From assembly GCF_006345805.1 (NCBI RefSeq), contig NC_043004.1, positions 103,540,001 to 103,604,000 on the forward strand: a DNA stretch of 64,000 nt. Reading direction: 5' to 3'. A program made the translations under genes and the position numbers. This DNA comes from Octopus sinensis. Its lineage: Eukaryota. Numbering within the stretch: the stretch's first letter is position 1; each line of letters begins with the position of its first letter. Of the stretch, positions 1-14,337 are shown piece after piece. The notes beneath the pieces are model-generated. The model made no database searches and had not been told where the DNA came from. It worked only from the letters and a program-made list of their open reading frames with translations.

Positions 1-103
1 GTCCTGTACCCATATATGCATGTATATATACATATAGATGTAGGTATGTACATATATGTATGTATATATGCATATATTTATAAATTATTTATATATTATA
101 TAA

Positions 104-520
104 TCTTCATTTAATGTCTGTTTTCCATACTGACAGATGTTTGGCAGTTTGACAGGAGCTGGGGAGCTGCCCGGACTCCAACTGTCTGTTGTGGCATGGT
201 TTCTAAGGCTGGATGCCCTTCTTAATGCTAACCACTTTACAGAATGTGCTGAGTACTTTTTATATGCCACTAGCATGGATGCATCTATGGAGCACTGGGA
301 TGTGTACATTTCATGTGGTACCAGCACCTGTAAAGGACAAGCCTGTATGACAGAGATTTTACTTAGCTTGGCATGTCTTCTCAAGTACAGCAAATCGTCA
401 CAAATCCCAGTCCCTTGTCATCTCCTCAGTGAGGCCCAGCATCCAAAAATCTTTTCTCACCTCTTCATCCCATGTCTTCCTGCGTCTATCCCTTTCACAG
501 GTTCCCTCCACAATTGGAGC
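104..520 (-). mobile_element. Older RTE LINE 3' fragment
   Basis: Minus-strand VEGTCERDRRRKTWDEEVRK...LGLTEEMTRDWDL matches the C-terminus at 48740-48890. A diverged 3' UTR follows. Confidence 0.85.
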
Positions 521-1099
521 ATATATATATATATATATACATATATAAACACGTGTGTGTGTGTGATCATTTTTAATGGCCACTTTACCATGGTTGTGTG
601 GGTTGGACAGTGTCTGTTGAGACAGATTTTCTACAGCCAGGTGCCCTTCCTGTCATCAACCCTCATCTATTTTCAAGCAAGATATTTCTTCACAGCCAAG
701 CTTTTTTTTTTGCAGAACATTAGAAATGAAGGAATGACACTGCTTGTATGACAGTGACAATTATTTATAACTATTACATGATATCAAGGCGAGTTGGCAC
801 CAACACACACACACACTCTCTCTGTCTCATACACACACACAGAGGCTTCTTTCAATTTCATATACCAAATCAACTCTCAAAGCTTTGGTTGGCCTGGGGC
901 TATAGCAGAAACTTACCCAAGGTGCTACTCAGTGGAACTGAACCCAAAACCACATGGTTGAGAGGCAGACTTCTTAACCACACAGCCATATACAGTTAAA
1001 ACTGCTTTTTGTCCATACAAACACTGAACCTTGACTGAATAAAGGACTATTTGATGCCTTTAATCAGCCACTGATTGTTTTGTACATATGAAAATATAG

Positions 1100-1653
1100 A
1101 ATCACTTCACTTTACGAGGACCTGCTTTATGACACCCTGGGTTTATGAGTTTTAATTTTCCAAGCACAAGATCCAAATTTTGAATGAAGTGCAAAAGTTT
1201 CTACTACCATAACTAATGCTTCTGCATATTACCAAGAAATTTATAGAGAACAAAAGAAAGCTTCTTCTAAGCAAACAACTCTAGACATGTTTCTAAAAAA
1301 GAAATCTGCAAGTCTGTCTACAAGTGCTTGTGAATTGGCAATCGTGTCTACAAGTGGTGTGTACAAGTCTAGTGTGAGTGAAAGTAATTCAGGAAATGAT
1401 AAAAATAATTTTTTTTTATTATAAATGATCTTGATATTCATTTTTCTTACATAAAATATTCTTTACATCCTAATGTTATTTTATTGCCATTTATTTACGA
1501 GTGTTATAAATTTTACAGGTAAAATATCTTTCTGGGAATGAATTACAATTTATAACATTGCTGCTACGGGAAATTATTGCTCTGCTTTACGAGTTTTTGC
1601 TTCATGGACAATCTTTGGGAACAAATTAACTCGTATATTGAATCATTACTGTA
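1100..1653 (+). mobile_element. Tigger/pogo-type DNA transposon 3' remnant
   Basis: DPNFE*SAKVSTTITNASAYYQEIYREQKKASSKQTTLDMFLKK resembles the pogo/Tigger transposase C-terminus. It ends in a Tigger-like terminus ...TTAACTCGTATATTGAATCATTACTG-TA. Confidence 0.75.
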
Positions 1654-1912
1654 CACATTTTTTAAAACTGTGTATACACATGATATATAATGGGAATATG
1701 TCTGTTATTCAGGATGTAATAGATTTTTGTATGGAATATAAACAAAACCCTTCTAAAATGGTACTGGTTCTTTATTAACAATTCCAGCAGACCTATAGCT
1801 GAAGAATTTTCCATATCAGCAGAAAGGTTATCAAATGTGTTCCAGTTCATCTTCACTTTATAGTTATGATATTACTAGAACTACATCATGTGTCTTTTAC
1901 TTTTTAAAGACA

Positions 1913-2142
1913 TTAACCCTTTCAATACCAACCTGGCTGAAACCACCTCTGGCTCTGTAGAACAAATATCTTGCTTTCATAAGTTCTGAATTAAAATCTT
2001 CCACCAAACCTTTGACACAATTTATGTTCCTAACTCTAGCAGAATTATAACCAAGTTATTTTCCGAAATTCTTTGTTATAGTTAAAATTAATTGAAAGAA
2101 ACACAGAACACCTCAAAATAAATACGGTAATGAAAGGGTTAA
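1913..2142. mobile_element. piggyBac-type MITE (family 1)
   Basis: TTAA-CCCTTT...AAAGGG-TTAA ends. A second copy lies at 27502-27729. Confidence 0.85.
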
Positions 2143-2499
2143 GGAATGATTTGAGGTTGGTTTGAATGTTATTTCTTGTATGTTGAGCAGTTATTAAGAG
2201 ATTCTAATATGAATGTGGTGTAGCATGTAAAATATATGCACATGTGGTGCACCTACAGTTAAACAATGATGGTAATAGTGGTATGTTCTGAGGTAGATGA
2301 ATTATCAGAGAGATAGTGCCGCGAAGGGGATGGGATCTGAACCTGCAATGCTTATGTTGGGTAGATAAGATCACTATAAATTCAGGTACCTGCAATTGTT
2401 ATTTTCTTTTTCTAGTTGCCGTCAATGGACTGCAGCCGTGCTGAGGCACCATCTTGTAGAGGTTTTAGTTGATTATACCAATCAAAGTATTTTGGTCTC

Positions 2500-2957
2500 C
2501 TTTCCCTTCTTGGGACACAAAACTCTACTTGTAAAGACCTGTTGAGGCAAGTCAGAATCAGAATCGAAATCGATCAATGGAAATTGCAGCTGAGATACCA
2601 GTGCCGGTGGCACGTAAGAGAACCATCCGAACGTGGCTGTTGCCGGTGGCACGTAAAAAGCACCATCCATTCGTGGCCGTTGCCAGCTTCATCTGGTCTC
2701 CGTGCCAGTGGCACATAAAAAGCACCATCCGATCGTGGCCGTTTGCCAGCTCCGTCTGGCACCTGTGCCGGTGGCACATAAAAAGCACCCACTACACTCA
2801 TGGAGTGGTTGGCGTTAGGAAGGGCATCCAGCCGTAGAAACATTGCCAGATCAGACTGGGCCTAGTGCAGCCTTCTGGCTTCCCAGACCCCAGTTGAACC
2901 GTCCAACCCATGCTAGCATGGAAAGCAGATGCTAAACGATGATGATGATGATGATGA
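2500..2957 (+). mobile_element. RTE LINE 3'-UTR-only copy
   Basis: Colinear with 48945-49493 and ends in (TGA)n. Other copies lie at ~9412-9660(-), 37077-37370(-), 49508-49824(-), 51925-52233(+), 53221-53410(-), 57285-57474(+) and 58680-58957(+). Confidence 0.9.
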
Positions 2958-5347
2958 TTTAATAATCCTTGCAAGGAGAGAGTGCGAAGTTGATCTAGGA
3001 TGGATTAAACTCAGGAAACATTAACGATACTTGCCAAGTTGTTCTGTTTGAGGTTCAAAACCATGTGACTGAATAACGACTTCTATATTAAGTCTTTGAT
3101 TCAGTTATTGCGATGAGCTTCTTACAACATCACTTGTTTCAAATTTACATTGGAACAGTTTTACTTGAGAACATTTTTTCAAAAGTTCTTTACATTTTTT
3201 CATTGCACCTGAGGAGGGCTTACATTGTATTACCCACCAACAATTTTTCTGCCTTCTCTAATATAAATTTTATGAATAAAGAAATAAAACCCTAAGTTTC
3301 CTTATGGAGACATTTCGTCCAATTCCCCACCCCCATTCATAAGTTTCTTTCTCTGTTATATATTTTTTCTTTTTTTTTTTATGACACTTCTGTGCCTCTC
3401 CAAACAATCCCTAAGACATGCGTTCTGGTTATCTTGATGCCCATCCAAACTAGACCCTAGTGGTTGCAGTCACCTGGACAGAAAGACCTTTTTGTTACAT
3501 GCCTTCTGGCTGCTTGTAGTTTTGAAATACTACTATTACTGATATTTTATTGCTGACAGTTGCATCTCAGAAGCTGCAATTCACTGGTTGAGTACTGCAA
3601 CAAGAGCCAAGAAAAGCAAGTGGTACAAGTACATGTTGCTGCTAGACACATATTTGAACTGGTGGTGATGGTAACACCTGTTGTCACTGGTAAATTGATA
3701 TGGGTTTTTATTCTTGCCAGTGGAACAATTCATAGTTGAAGCAGTTGAAGTGGCTGCTACGTTAATGGGTGTGGTTATGAATTGATTCAGCAATTACATG
3801 TGACAGTGCTTTGTGTGTTAGTGCTCTGTTGGATAAAGAAGGCAGAAGAAAAACAAAGAATAGGAAACATGAAAATAAAAGGGAGGGGAGAAAAAAAAAA
3901 AGAATATTTTTCAGACTACTTCCGCTGTGTCCTAGAAATTTACAGAAGATTGCTATTTAGTTTCAAAAAAAAGAAATTAGTATTGATTGCTATCTGCCCT
4001 TGGAGAAAAACTTGAACTATATTTCATGTCCTTTCTGTTCACTATTTCTCTCTCTCTCAAAAATGTAAGTCTATGTAGGAAGCTGTTATCTTATTTTATA
4101 GGTTATTGCACCAGCTAACTCTGAGCTAGTGACCCTGTAAAGGAAGGCTAAGCTCCGGAACTTCACTGCCTCAGACACCAGTTCACTAGTTTTATTATTT
4201 TTTTCTTTATTTACTGCTACTGACTACTAAGTTTGTCTCTTTTGTTTTTTGTATTCTTCTCTTCCTCCTCTGAAGTGAGTGAGAGAAAGAGAGAAGGGAG
4301 ACTGAATTAATTTCCCCAACAGAATTTTCTTCCTCAATCTAATATCAGCCCTACTTGTTCTACTACTTGCCTGAGTTGGTAACAACTATGTTTGTTCAGT
4401 ACCCCCATCTGTTTATAGTGAGAGCAAACGCCAGCTTAGTTGTCAAGTAATATTTATGTCTACATTCACTTGACAACATTCTTTATGGCTGCTTTTCTTG
4501 CCATAACATAATAATTGATCTTTGTATTCTTGGAAATAATTGGAATCAAAATAACTTGATTAGCTCCATCTGGATCGATAGTAGAAGTTAGCTATGGTTG
4601 GTTGTCTATGTGAAGTTATAAAGGGGATCATAATAATGTTAGTGTCACAAGAAAATTTTAATACTTCAAGTGGGGGTACCTTCCACTCTCTCTGTAGAAG
4701 GCCCCAGTTTGGAATGTTAGAATTTCTTCTGACACTAACATTATACATTCTTTCAATGTTGTATTAGATCTTACTCAAACCACCGCCACCACCACCACCA
4801 CCACCACCACCGCTATTCTCCTATAAATTCTTGTTTGACCAAACAACGTTGATGCAGTTTGACTGCTATTTCATTTGCCTATGAAGCTTCATAGTGTGAA
4901 AGATCTTTTGTATTCTGTTCACCAAATTCTGCCATTAAATAGCACTCTAGTTTTGACATGTTTCGAAAGAGAAATCCTCATTGTTTTAACAGCAGCAGCA
5001 TCATCCACCCCATCCACCCCATTTATCAGATGTTATCTATTAATAGCAAGTAAACTGTCACAGTGCTTTCTAGCATACATTTCTGGTTTTCACATTATTT
5101 ACTCTGTCTGGTATGTTGATGTCAACCAGGCTGGTCGCTCAATGTGCTAGAAATAGCTGCCAAATCGTTAAATCATCTGGTGTGGTTTTTAAAAAGGTGG
5201 TGAGGAAGGACACATTTGCAAAGTAAATGTGCAGATATTATGTCTGCTGGTTTATTTGAAATCAAACAACTTTGGTAGTCTTAGTCTTCTATTAAAATTT
5301 CATTCACAACTTTGATGCTTTGAAGGAATATCAAATTGAGCCTAGTA

Positions 5348-5555
5348 CTCTTTACTCTTTTACTTGTTTCAGTCATTTGACTGCGGCCATGCTGGAGCAC
5401 CGCCTTTAGTCGAGCAAATCGACCCCGGGACTTATTTTTTGTAAGTCCAGTACTTATTCTATCAGTCTCTTTTGCTGAACCACTAAGTGACGGGGACATA
5501 AACACACCAGCATCGGTTGTCAAGCAATGCTAAGGGGACAAACACAGACACACAA

Positions 5556-5588
<33 letters not shown>

Positions 5589-5759
5589 CATATATATGAC
5601 AGGCTTCTTTCAGTTTCCGTCTACCAAATCCACTCACAAGGCATTGGTCGGCCCGGGGCTATAGCAGAAGACACTTGCCCAAGATGCCACGCAGTAGGAC
5701 TGAACCCGGAACCATGCGGTTGGTTAGCAAGCTACTTACCACACAGCTACTACTGCGCC
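5348..5759 (-). mobile_element. tRNA-derived SINE family A (~420 bp; CORE-like segment, central TA/TG microsatellite)
   Basis: The head GGCGCAG...GTGTGGTAAG...GGGTTCAGTCC has A/B-box-like motifs, followed by TTGGGCAAGTGTCTTC and an AAAAGAGT tail. More than 12 copies occur in the window. Confidence 0.9.
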
Positions 5760-6739
5760 TATGTACGTTTTTTTTTTTTTTGTAACCACTGCATTGTCAT
5801 GATAGGGAGAGAATTGTCCATGATCTTTCCAAGGCTCATGAGAAGGATGGAGGAAAAGAATAAAGCTATCCTCAGAAAGATGGCCATAATACTTGCAATA
5901 GTTGACTCTGTTATTCCAAGGATCCAGTACTTTGGTTCACTGACCTTGGCAAAACTTGAGCTCGGAATGTAAAAGACCATACTGCAAGCATTCATTCTAC
6001 ATATCCATTGCTTGTGACATATTTATCATTTTATTATCACTTTAACTTTCACTTCTCCATGTTTGTATCGCCGACACTCTCAGCTATCATGTGATATTAA
6101 GACAAGGACACACACACACACTCACTCACTCAGGCACACACAAACACATACACACACACACACACTCACTCTCTCTTTCTCACACACACACATGATGGGC
6201 TTTTTTCAGTTTCTATCTACCATATCCACTCACAGGACTTTGGTCAGCCTAGGGCTATAGTAGAAGACACTTGCTTCAGGTGCCACACAATGGCAGCACA
6301 CCTGAAATCTCATACTATCTCTTCTTTTATTCGCTTCCAAGTATTCAGTGGTTACTTATTTTGCTTCCTGCATATTTTCAACAATGAGGAAGGTCACAGC
6401 TGACTGATTGGAGGTTCTACTGAAACTAGGTGTCTATACAGTTGTCATACAGGTAATGCATATTCTGATTGTATAAAATACTATATATTTGACTGTTCTC
6501 GTTTTTACTCTTGAATCACTCCAGCCTCATGTTAGTATCTTGATCATCCAGTGGCATCCAGGATGTAACTTTATCTTGATTATGGACATTTTTTTGATGT
6601 TGTTGACTGCTAGATATCCCTACTATTAATGCTAGTTTTGACATCAAACTCTGACCACAAACTTTCAAATATTTAAGCTTTGAGAGCATTTCTGATTATT
6701 TCCATCATCAGAGGGGTTGCTTTTCTTAGGAATGATACA

Positions 6740-7160
6740 TACAATTCCATGTTTGTTGTTGACGGAATTGACAATTAACAAGTCCCTTAACCCCATGGGG
6801 TCTATTGGGGTGCTGCAGCCATGTAGCATATCTAGAGTGGGGAACCCTGGCAGAGCCCGTCCCTCCCCAGGCTAAACTCATTTCTACAGTTGAGTGAACT
6901 GGAGCAACATAAAATGAAGTGTTTTGCTCAAGAACACAATGGATTGCCCAGTCCAGGGATTGAAACCACAATCTACTTTCGTGAATCTATCACCCTAACC
7001 ACTTAGCGACACACCTCCACTAGTGGTACTCATTTCTATAGTTGAGTGGACTGGAGCAATGTGAAGTGAAGTGTTTTGCTCAGGTACGCATCTCCCAATC
7101 CAGTAATCAAACCCACAGTCCTATGGTCGTGAGTCCAACACCTTAACCACTAAGCTATGT
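6740..7160 (-). mobile_element. Two tandem tRNA/CORE-type SINEs (family D)
   Basis: Minus strand shows a tRNA-like head then TTGAGCAAAACACTTCA...TGCTCCAGTTCACTCAACTGTAGAAATGAGT, resembling the CORE domain. Relatives lie at ~8160-8350(+) and 22770-23030(-). Confidence 0.7.
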
Positions 7161-10100
7161 GCCTTGGAACAGGGATAGCTAAGTGGCTTAAAGAGTTTTT
7201 GTACCAGAGGTTTAGAAACTTGCTTCTTGACCACATAGTCTTGAATTCAGACCCACTGCATGGCACCTTGGGCAAGTGTCTTCTACTATAGCCTTGGGCC
7301 AGCCAATACCTTGTGAATGGATTTGGTAGACAAAACATAAAAGAAGCCTGTCATATATGTGTGTATATGTCTTTGTGCTTGTCCCTCACCACTACTTGAC
7401 AATTGGTGTGGGTTTGTTTATGTCCCTGTAAATTAGCAGTTTGGCAAAAGAGATCAATAGACTGAGTATATAGTTTAAAAAAAAAAAAAGTATTGTAGGG
7501 TCAGTTTCATCAACTAAATCCTTTTAGATGGTACCCTAGCATACCTGCAGTCCAGTGACTGAAACAAGTAAGAAGATAGTGCCTACTCAAAAGCAGAATG
7601 TTATAGAATGGCAGATTAGATTCTATCACATGTGGTCAGTTTTGAACTTGACACTTAGTGGAGGTGGAAAGGATTTCAGTAAAATGTTTGTTGTTGCTTA
7701 GTCCAAAGTCAACCCTGGTCAGGTAGACCTATGATTCAGAGATGTTCCATCCATGACGATTCCATCTTTTGTATATCTTTTGTGTTTCTTTCTTTCTTAA
7801 AATGCTCAGGTATTTGAGAAAGATTTAGCTGCTATATCTTGTAAGGTGGTTGGTGTTAGGAAGGGTATCCAGCCATAAAATTCATACCAAAACAGACACT
7901 AAAGCCTGGTGAATTCCTTTAGATTGCAGCTCCTGTCAAACAGTCCAACCCATTCCAAGATGGAAAATGGATGTTATATAATAATGGTGATCTTGCAAGT
8001 TACTCTTTTCGGAAAACAAGCTCCTTTGTTGAGTAGATGTGACTTTGTTTATAGAAATACTGCTATTTATAGAATCTTTTGGATTGTAGAAAATTAATAT
8101 TTTGGTTAAGAACCAGAAGACATAAATGCAGTTATTAAAGCTGTGAAAGCCTCGAGGTTATGGGAAGTCACATGGCCTAGTGGTTAAAGTGTTAGATTCA
8201 CAATTTCTGAGTCATGGTTTTGATTCCCAGACTGGGCAGCACATTGTATTTTTGAGCAAAACACTTCTTTTCACATTGTTAAAAATAAGTTCCAGTAATA
8301 AGTGAAGGTTAAACCTAAAACAGGCTGGTGTCCTATCCAGGGGTAGGTTTTGTATTATTGGTCGCTTACACATCATAGAAACTAGGATAAAACTTTGACC
8401 TAATGATTCTGTTGGCTCGTGACAACCTAAGGACCTCTGTATAAGAGTTCTGTTTACTAATGAACACCTGTTTGTTTTCTTTTTACTTTTTTCTTTTTTA
8501 GCTAGAAATCCATCCCGATTTAATAGATCTATGATTAAAAGTGTTGTAACCATTATCAATCCACCCCTACCCCACTCCTTTATTTTTTCGTGTGTTCTTA
8601 GGTTCGGTCCTGCCACATGGCACCTCAGGCAAGTGTCTTCTATTATAGCTCTTTGCTGACCAAACCCTTCTGAGTGGATTCAGTAGACAGAACTTAAAGA
8701 AACCTGTTTTTGTGTGTGTGTGAGTGAGAGAGAGATAGTGTGTACTCTTGTCTTGACATCATGTGTTAGTTGTAAATGAGCTTCACCATCTTACAAGCGG
8801 TGTTGTTCACTTCCAGTCTTCCATGAAAAACCTGTCTGGCCATTGGGAAATATTACCTTGCTTGGAAACAGGTGAGAGTTGGTGACAAGAAGAACATCTG
8901 ACCATAGAAAACTGCCTCAATTACCTCCATCTTATCCATACAAACATAGAAAAATAAACCATGATGATGACACAGTTTATGAAGAACTACATAATCCACT
9001 GTCCTTTCTTATAAGACAGAAGGTTAATTTTTGAGGTAGGTTTGGTTGGTTATTTTTGACAGGTTAAGCTACTATATGGAGGTTTTATTGTAAATTAGCG
9101 GTTCGGCAAAAGAGACTGTTAGAATAAGTACTGGGCTTACAAAGAATAAGTCCCGGGGTCGATTTGCTCGACTAAAGGCGGTGCTCCAGCATGGCCACAG
9201 TAAAATGACTGAAACAAGTTAAAAGAGTAAATCTCAGTTATTAGCAGGTAGTTTACTGATAGTGTTGATTCTTTACTCAGTGGTGGCCATATTGGATTTC
9301 CATCTTGGACACCATTGTGACACCGATTACCTGAGCACAGTTGTAGAAATTGGTTAAGACTGTGGCATAGGCAAATAGCTCACTAAGCATAACTACGGTT
9401 GAGATTTGACTCATTATCATCATCATCATTTAGCGTCCGCTTTCCATGCTAGCATGGGTTGGATGGTTCAACTGGGGTTTGTGAAGCCAGAAGGCTGCAT
9501 CAGGCCCAGTCTGATCTGGCAGTGTTTCTACGGCTGGATGCCCTTCCTAACGCCAACCACTCTGTGAGTGTAGTGGGTGCTTTTTACGTGCCACCCGCAC
9601 AGGTGCCAAACGGAGCTGGACGGATGATGCTTTTTACGTGCCACCGGCATGGGGGCCAGGCGCTGCTTTTCCAAGCTTGCATATGTTGGATGGCGTTTAT
9701 TGAGTCAGATTTTCTATGGTTGGATGGTCTTCCTGTCACCAACCTTCACTTATTTCCAAGCAAGGTAGTATTTCTTCATCGCCACACGTTTTTACTCAAT
9801 ACTGGAAATAAACAACACTGCCTGCTTGACAGTGACACTTGTTTACAACTAACACATGATGTCATGGTAGTGACACAAACATACACAGACTCACACATGC
9901 ATAGATATATGTCCAAGGAGCTTTGCAGTGACTGGGAAGCAAACTTAATATAATTATTACAACAAGAGATGAGAGAGGAAAGAATCAAAGGACGTTTGAC
10001 TGTAAGGCAGCTGAAAATCTCTGATAATTTGTGATTTTTAGCTCTAGATTAGTTCCGCCTGAGCTGATTTATTATTAGTCATTACAGCTATGGGACATTA

Positions 10101-11099
10101 CATTTTTCTGTAGACACAGGACAGACAATCTTCTCTTGTGTGTTGGTTTTTTTTCATGAGGTTCTAGGATGTGATTTGAGGAAGATTTGACTGATTTCTA
10201 ACAAGGTGAGTGACTGTGTAGAGCAGGTATGGGTAGCAGACCACTTGAGACATGGATCATTATCGGATGGGGCACACCACTAAAAATTTCATGGTAATTT
10301 TCTGTTGATTCAGAAAGTCTCACTGGCTGTGCAAGATCCACAATTTGCTCATGACTAGTGTAGAGGCACCTTTGTTGGGGGCTGTTTCTTGAGGTCATAT
10401 TGTTGACAGCTTGAACAGATTTCACAGTAGACCTCACCTCAGAGCAAGATACTCTTTTGAGTCCTCTTACATTGCATAAATTGCAATTAACCCTCTCAAA
10501 CATGGGTCCCTATGTCTAACTTTTGCCCTCCACCTGGTCCCTGAGCAAAAAAATAAATAGTTGCATATAGGTGCAGGAGTGGCTGTATGTAAGTAGCTTA
10601 CTTCCCAACCACATGGTTGCGGATTCAGTTTCATTGCATAGCCTCAGGCTGACCAAAACCTTGTGAGTGGATTTGGTAGATGGAAACTGAAAGAAGCTCT
10701 TCATATGTGTGTATGTATCTATATATGTATGTGTGTATATATGTTTGTGTCTGTGTTCAGCAAAAGAGACCGATAGAATAAGTACTAGGCTTACAAAGAA
10801 TAAGTCCTGGGGTCAATTTGCTCGACTAAAGGCAGTGCTCCAGTATGGCCACAGTCAAATGACTGAAACGAGTAAAAGAAAGAATAAAAGAAATACAGAA
10901 CAAGAGTAATGATGGCTGGCAAACTAATGGACAGAACCAGCTGCATCTTCTTTTTCTGTGTGTTGTTCATCATTGCCCTTAGTGGGAATTTGGTAAAGAT
11001 GACATTTAACCTATTCCTGCGATAGCAAGAACACAGCATGACAGGGTTAAGTCTAACTGAACCTACTGATGTAATTTTCAGGCCTTTACGCCTTGGTTA

Positions 11100-11400
11100 G
11101 GAGCAAAGACCACTCTATAGCAGCAGCTTCCACCTCATTTTAAAAGCCATTGTATAGCGCTCATGCTACCTCCACTCGGGTCGTCCTGTCCCATTCATTT
11201 GTTATTATGTCAACCCCACCTCCATTTCCTGTACTAATCGCTATGCCCAGTCCTTCCTTCTTGGAAAAGTTGGCCCTCTGGAATTCCCTCCCCTCCTCAT
11301 CTCTTTCCTGTTGCTGTTAACTTGAAAAGGTTCAAGAGGAACATTAATGATGTAAATCTATATCACTGACGTCTGTGAATTCAATAAAGGTCATGCACAT
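11100..11400 (+). mobile_element. Degenerate CR1/L2/Jockey-type LINE 3' end
   Basis: TNRYAQSFL...LWNSLP...NLKRFKRNIN, read across frameshifts, is the typical C-terminal signature. Confidence 0.6.
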
Positions 11401-11790
11401 TATCTTACTTCCAGATTTAGCAAATAAAAATAAACTGGTTGTTTGGCTTACTAGAAATAGCAGTCAAATTTCTGATTTTCTCACACTTTTCATCACATCT
11501 TCTGTGCCCACTTACACCTGAGAAGATCATTAAGGAAGAGTTGTCAAGCATGCCCTCCATTAGGTCCTACCTCCAATTGATCTGGCTGGATCCCTAACAC
11601 AGACCAACCAAGCTCATGGATGTTACCTTGCAGTTTTGCTCTCAGTTTTCTGCCATTTATCTTTTACCTGTAAAGCCTGTCCAGCAATTCTTTCCTGAGA
11701 TTTTCTTATCACAGGTCTGTAGTATCATATCTGTGGTCTCTCAATTCAGAGAAGTAGTGGCTCTACTTGGAATGTCTCTGATCGCCAAGC

Positions 11791-11960
11791 TCATCCACCT
11801 TTTTTTCTATATCAATGACTAAGTCATTTCAGCATGTCCTTCCTGTTTTTTTAAGCTGGTATGGTATGAGAAAATTGGAGATTTTTCTCATACCTTACCA
11901 GCTTAAAACAGGCAGGACAGATTGAACAATTTAGTCATTGATATAAAAAAAGGCAGATGA
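11791..11960. repeat. Imperfect ~170-bp inverted repeat (hairpin)
   Basis: 11791-11874 pairs with 11883-11960, e.g. AAGCTGGTATGGTATGAGAAAA with TTTTCTCATACCTTACCAGCTT. Confidence 0.9.
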
Positions 11961-14337
11961 TCATAGGTTGTCTGTTTGTATGAAGACTGACCTGGGGCTA
12001 GGCAGTGACAACCACCCCATTCTAACATACTTTGGAGAATACTCATAACTAGCTCAAACATGCAGTAAATTATTATTTACAGTAACCAAATTGCTTTATT
12101 TCGTTTACTAAAGGACAATAGCTTTGACTAAATAACTGAAATATTAACCAATTTTTTTTTATTGTCTCTATTCTGTCTGTATGTGAAAGAGAGTTCTTCA
12201 GCACTTGATGATAAAAAATTTTTTAAAGTTCAAAATTGTTTCAAAAACAACAGTGGCATCATCATAAAAAGCACCACCCCCACCTGCTTCAGGAAGGATT
12301 GGTTGTGTTTTGGTTGGTAGGAACTTTATACTGTGCTTGTGTGTATATGTGTGTGTGTGTGTTTGTAGACAGTGTGGGAGAGTTGTAATGCTATTTCAAG
12401 CAGCCTGACTGGGAAACAACACTTCATAAATTTAGTGTATTGATACAGTGAGCTGTGGATACATCCCAAGGTTAGGGAAAGATAGGTTAGTTCACTTGAA
12501 ATAGTTATTTGAATGACTCAGTCTGTGATGGTTGTGGCAGTAGTGGCAGTGGTAACCATTTAGATAAATAACATAATCAGCAATGGTGTTGTGGGCGGCA
12601 GTGGTGGTGGGGGAACTGTCATGTGGTGTAAGAGAGTCCATAGTTACCAGGGCTTACAATACTGGTTTACTATTTACTGTGCCATATGACTGAAAAAGTT
12701 TAGAGGAATTGTATTTTATGATTTTTCCCTTTTTTTTTTACAAAGGTTATTATGTTTGCGTATAGTTAAGTGTGTAGTTATTCTAATGATATTTACAATC
12801 TCTCGTAGACCAATAAAACTATTTCTATGTCAGGCTTATATTTTGACAATGCCAGTGATGCCTGTACTAATAGTTAAATCCTAGCCAATAAGGCGGGGGG
12901 CCCCCTCAGCCCCCTCGTATTATAGTCTTATCAACTTGAAAAATAAAACTAAGGACATATTAAATAAAGTAGTTCAAGAGACACTAAATATAAAGAAGGA
13001 ATAGCCACAGGCTGGATACTTCTCAGACATATGGTTGATGGGTCAAGCAGGGCTGACCAGAGTTAAAATCCAGTAACTAATAAATGGGTACAGTAGGGGG
13101 TAGTAATGATGGAAATTCTGTGGAAGCAAGATGAATGGGATGAAGTGTAAATAAATTTGTGTGTAACAGGAGTTTAAGGGACTATTTAGATAGGAAATAT
13201 ATCTGAATAAATTATGTCAATTGCTGAATGTAAAGGAATAGGATTCAGGTCCATATGGACAGACATATGGTGAAAGAGATGCTGATATTTGGTAGGTTGC
13301 CATAGTTGGAGGTGCAAATGAATAATTTTTAATTTTGGCATGAGGCCACTCAAACACAAACTCATATTTTTAGGAGAGTAGGTATGATTGATTAAATTGG
13401 CCTTAATAAATTACTGGTGTGTGTTTAATTAAACCCTGAAAGATGAATTGCAAAAATGTCCTTCAGAAGTATTTGAACTTATAAACATATAGTAACAGAA
13501 GCTAGATAACATAAAAAGACTTTTAATCTTGTGCTCAACCATTTCTGTATCCCCTTTTTTTCAATGTTTTCAACAGATGCACAAGGCCTGAAATTTTGGG
13601 CTGAGGATTAAGTTGATACCATCAACCCTAGTGCTTGACTGGTATTTTATTTTAACAACCCCATGGATAAAAGAAGTTGTCTAGCTGGCAGAATCATTAG
13701 CACATTGGACAAAGTACTTAGTGGCTTGACTTCCAACTGTATGTTTCTAAGTTCAAATCCCACCTTTGCCCAACTTTGCCTTCTTTTCAGGGTTGATAAA
13801 ATAAAGTACCAGTCACATAATGGGGTCTGTGTAATTAACTTGTTCCTTCCCCTCAAAATTACTGGCCTCGAACCCTGCAATGGATTGGTGCTCTGTTCAT
13901 TGTTGTGATCTCTGAGTAACTGGCCTTATGAATTTTAGGGGTCAATAATTATGATAATAATCCTTTCTACTATAGGTACACGGCTTGAAATGTTAGGGGA
14001 GGGAGCTAGTCAATTACATTGACTCCTGTACGTGACTGATACTTATTTTATCAACCCTGAAAGAATGAATGGCAAAGTTGACCTCAGCACAATTTGAACT
14101 CAGACTGAAGACAGGTGAAATACTGCTAAGCATTTTGCTTGTCATGCTAACGATTCTGCCAGCTTGCCGCCTGAAATCCTTTCTACTAAAGGCGCAAGGC
14201 CTGAAATTTTGAGGGCGGAGACTAGTCGATTGCAATGATCCCAGTTTCATTGATACTTATTTTATCGACCCCGAAAGGATGAAAGGCAAAGTCAACCTCA
14301 GCAGAATTTGAACTGAGAACGTAAAGATGAATGAAAT

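Noticed and set aside
1519-1629. Apparent terminal exon VKYLSGNELQFITLLLREIIALLYEFLLHGQSLGTN* after TTTTACAG
   Set aside because: It lies within the Tigger-like 3' terminal sequence ending ACTG-TA at 1653.
2482-2843. Recurring ORFs such as MFLRLDALPNANHS..., MSSNARG... and MTTDAG... (here and at many other sites)
   Set aside because: They are translations of RTE 3'-UTR and SINE copies. NCBI-style 'hypothetical proteins' of this kind are not supported.
10198-10503. 101-aa minus-strand ORF
   Set aside because: It has no recognisable motif or flanking splice pattern, and ORFs of this length occur by chance.
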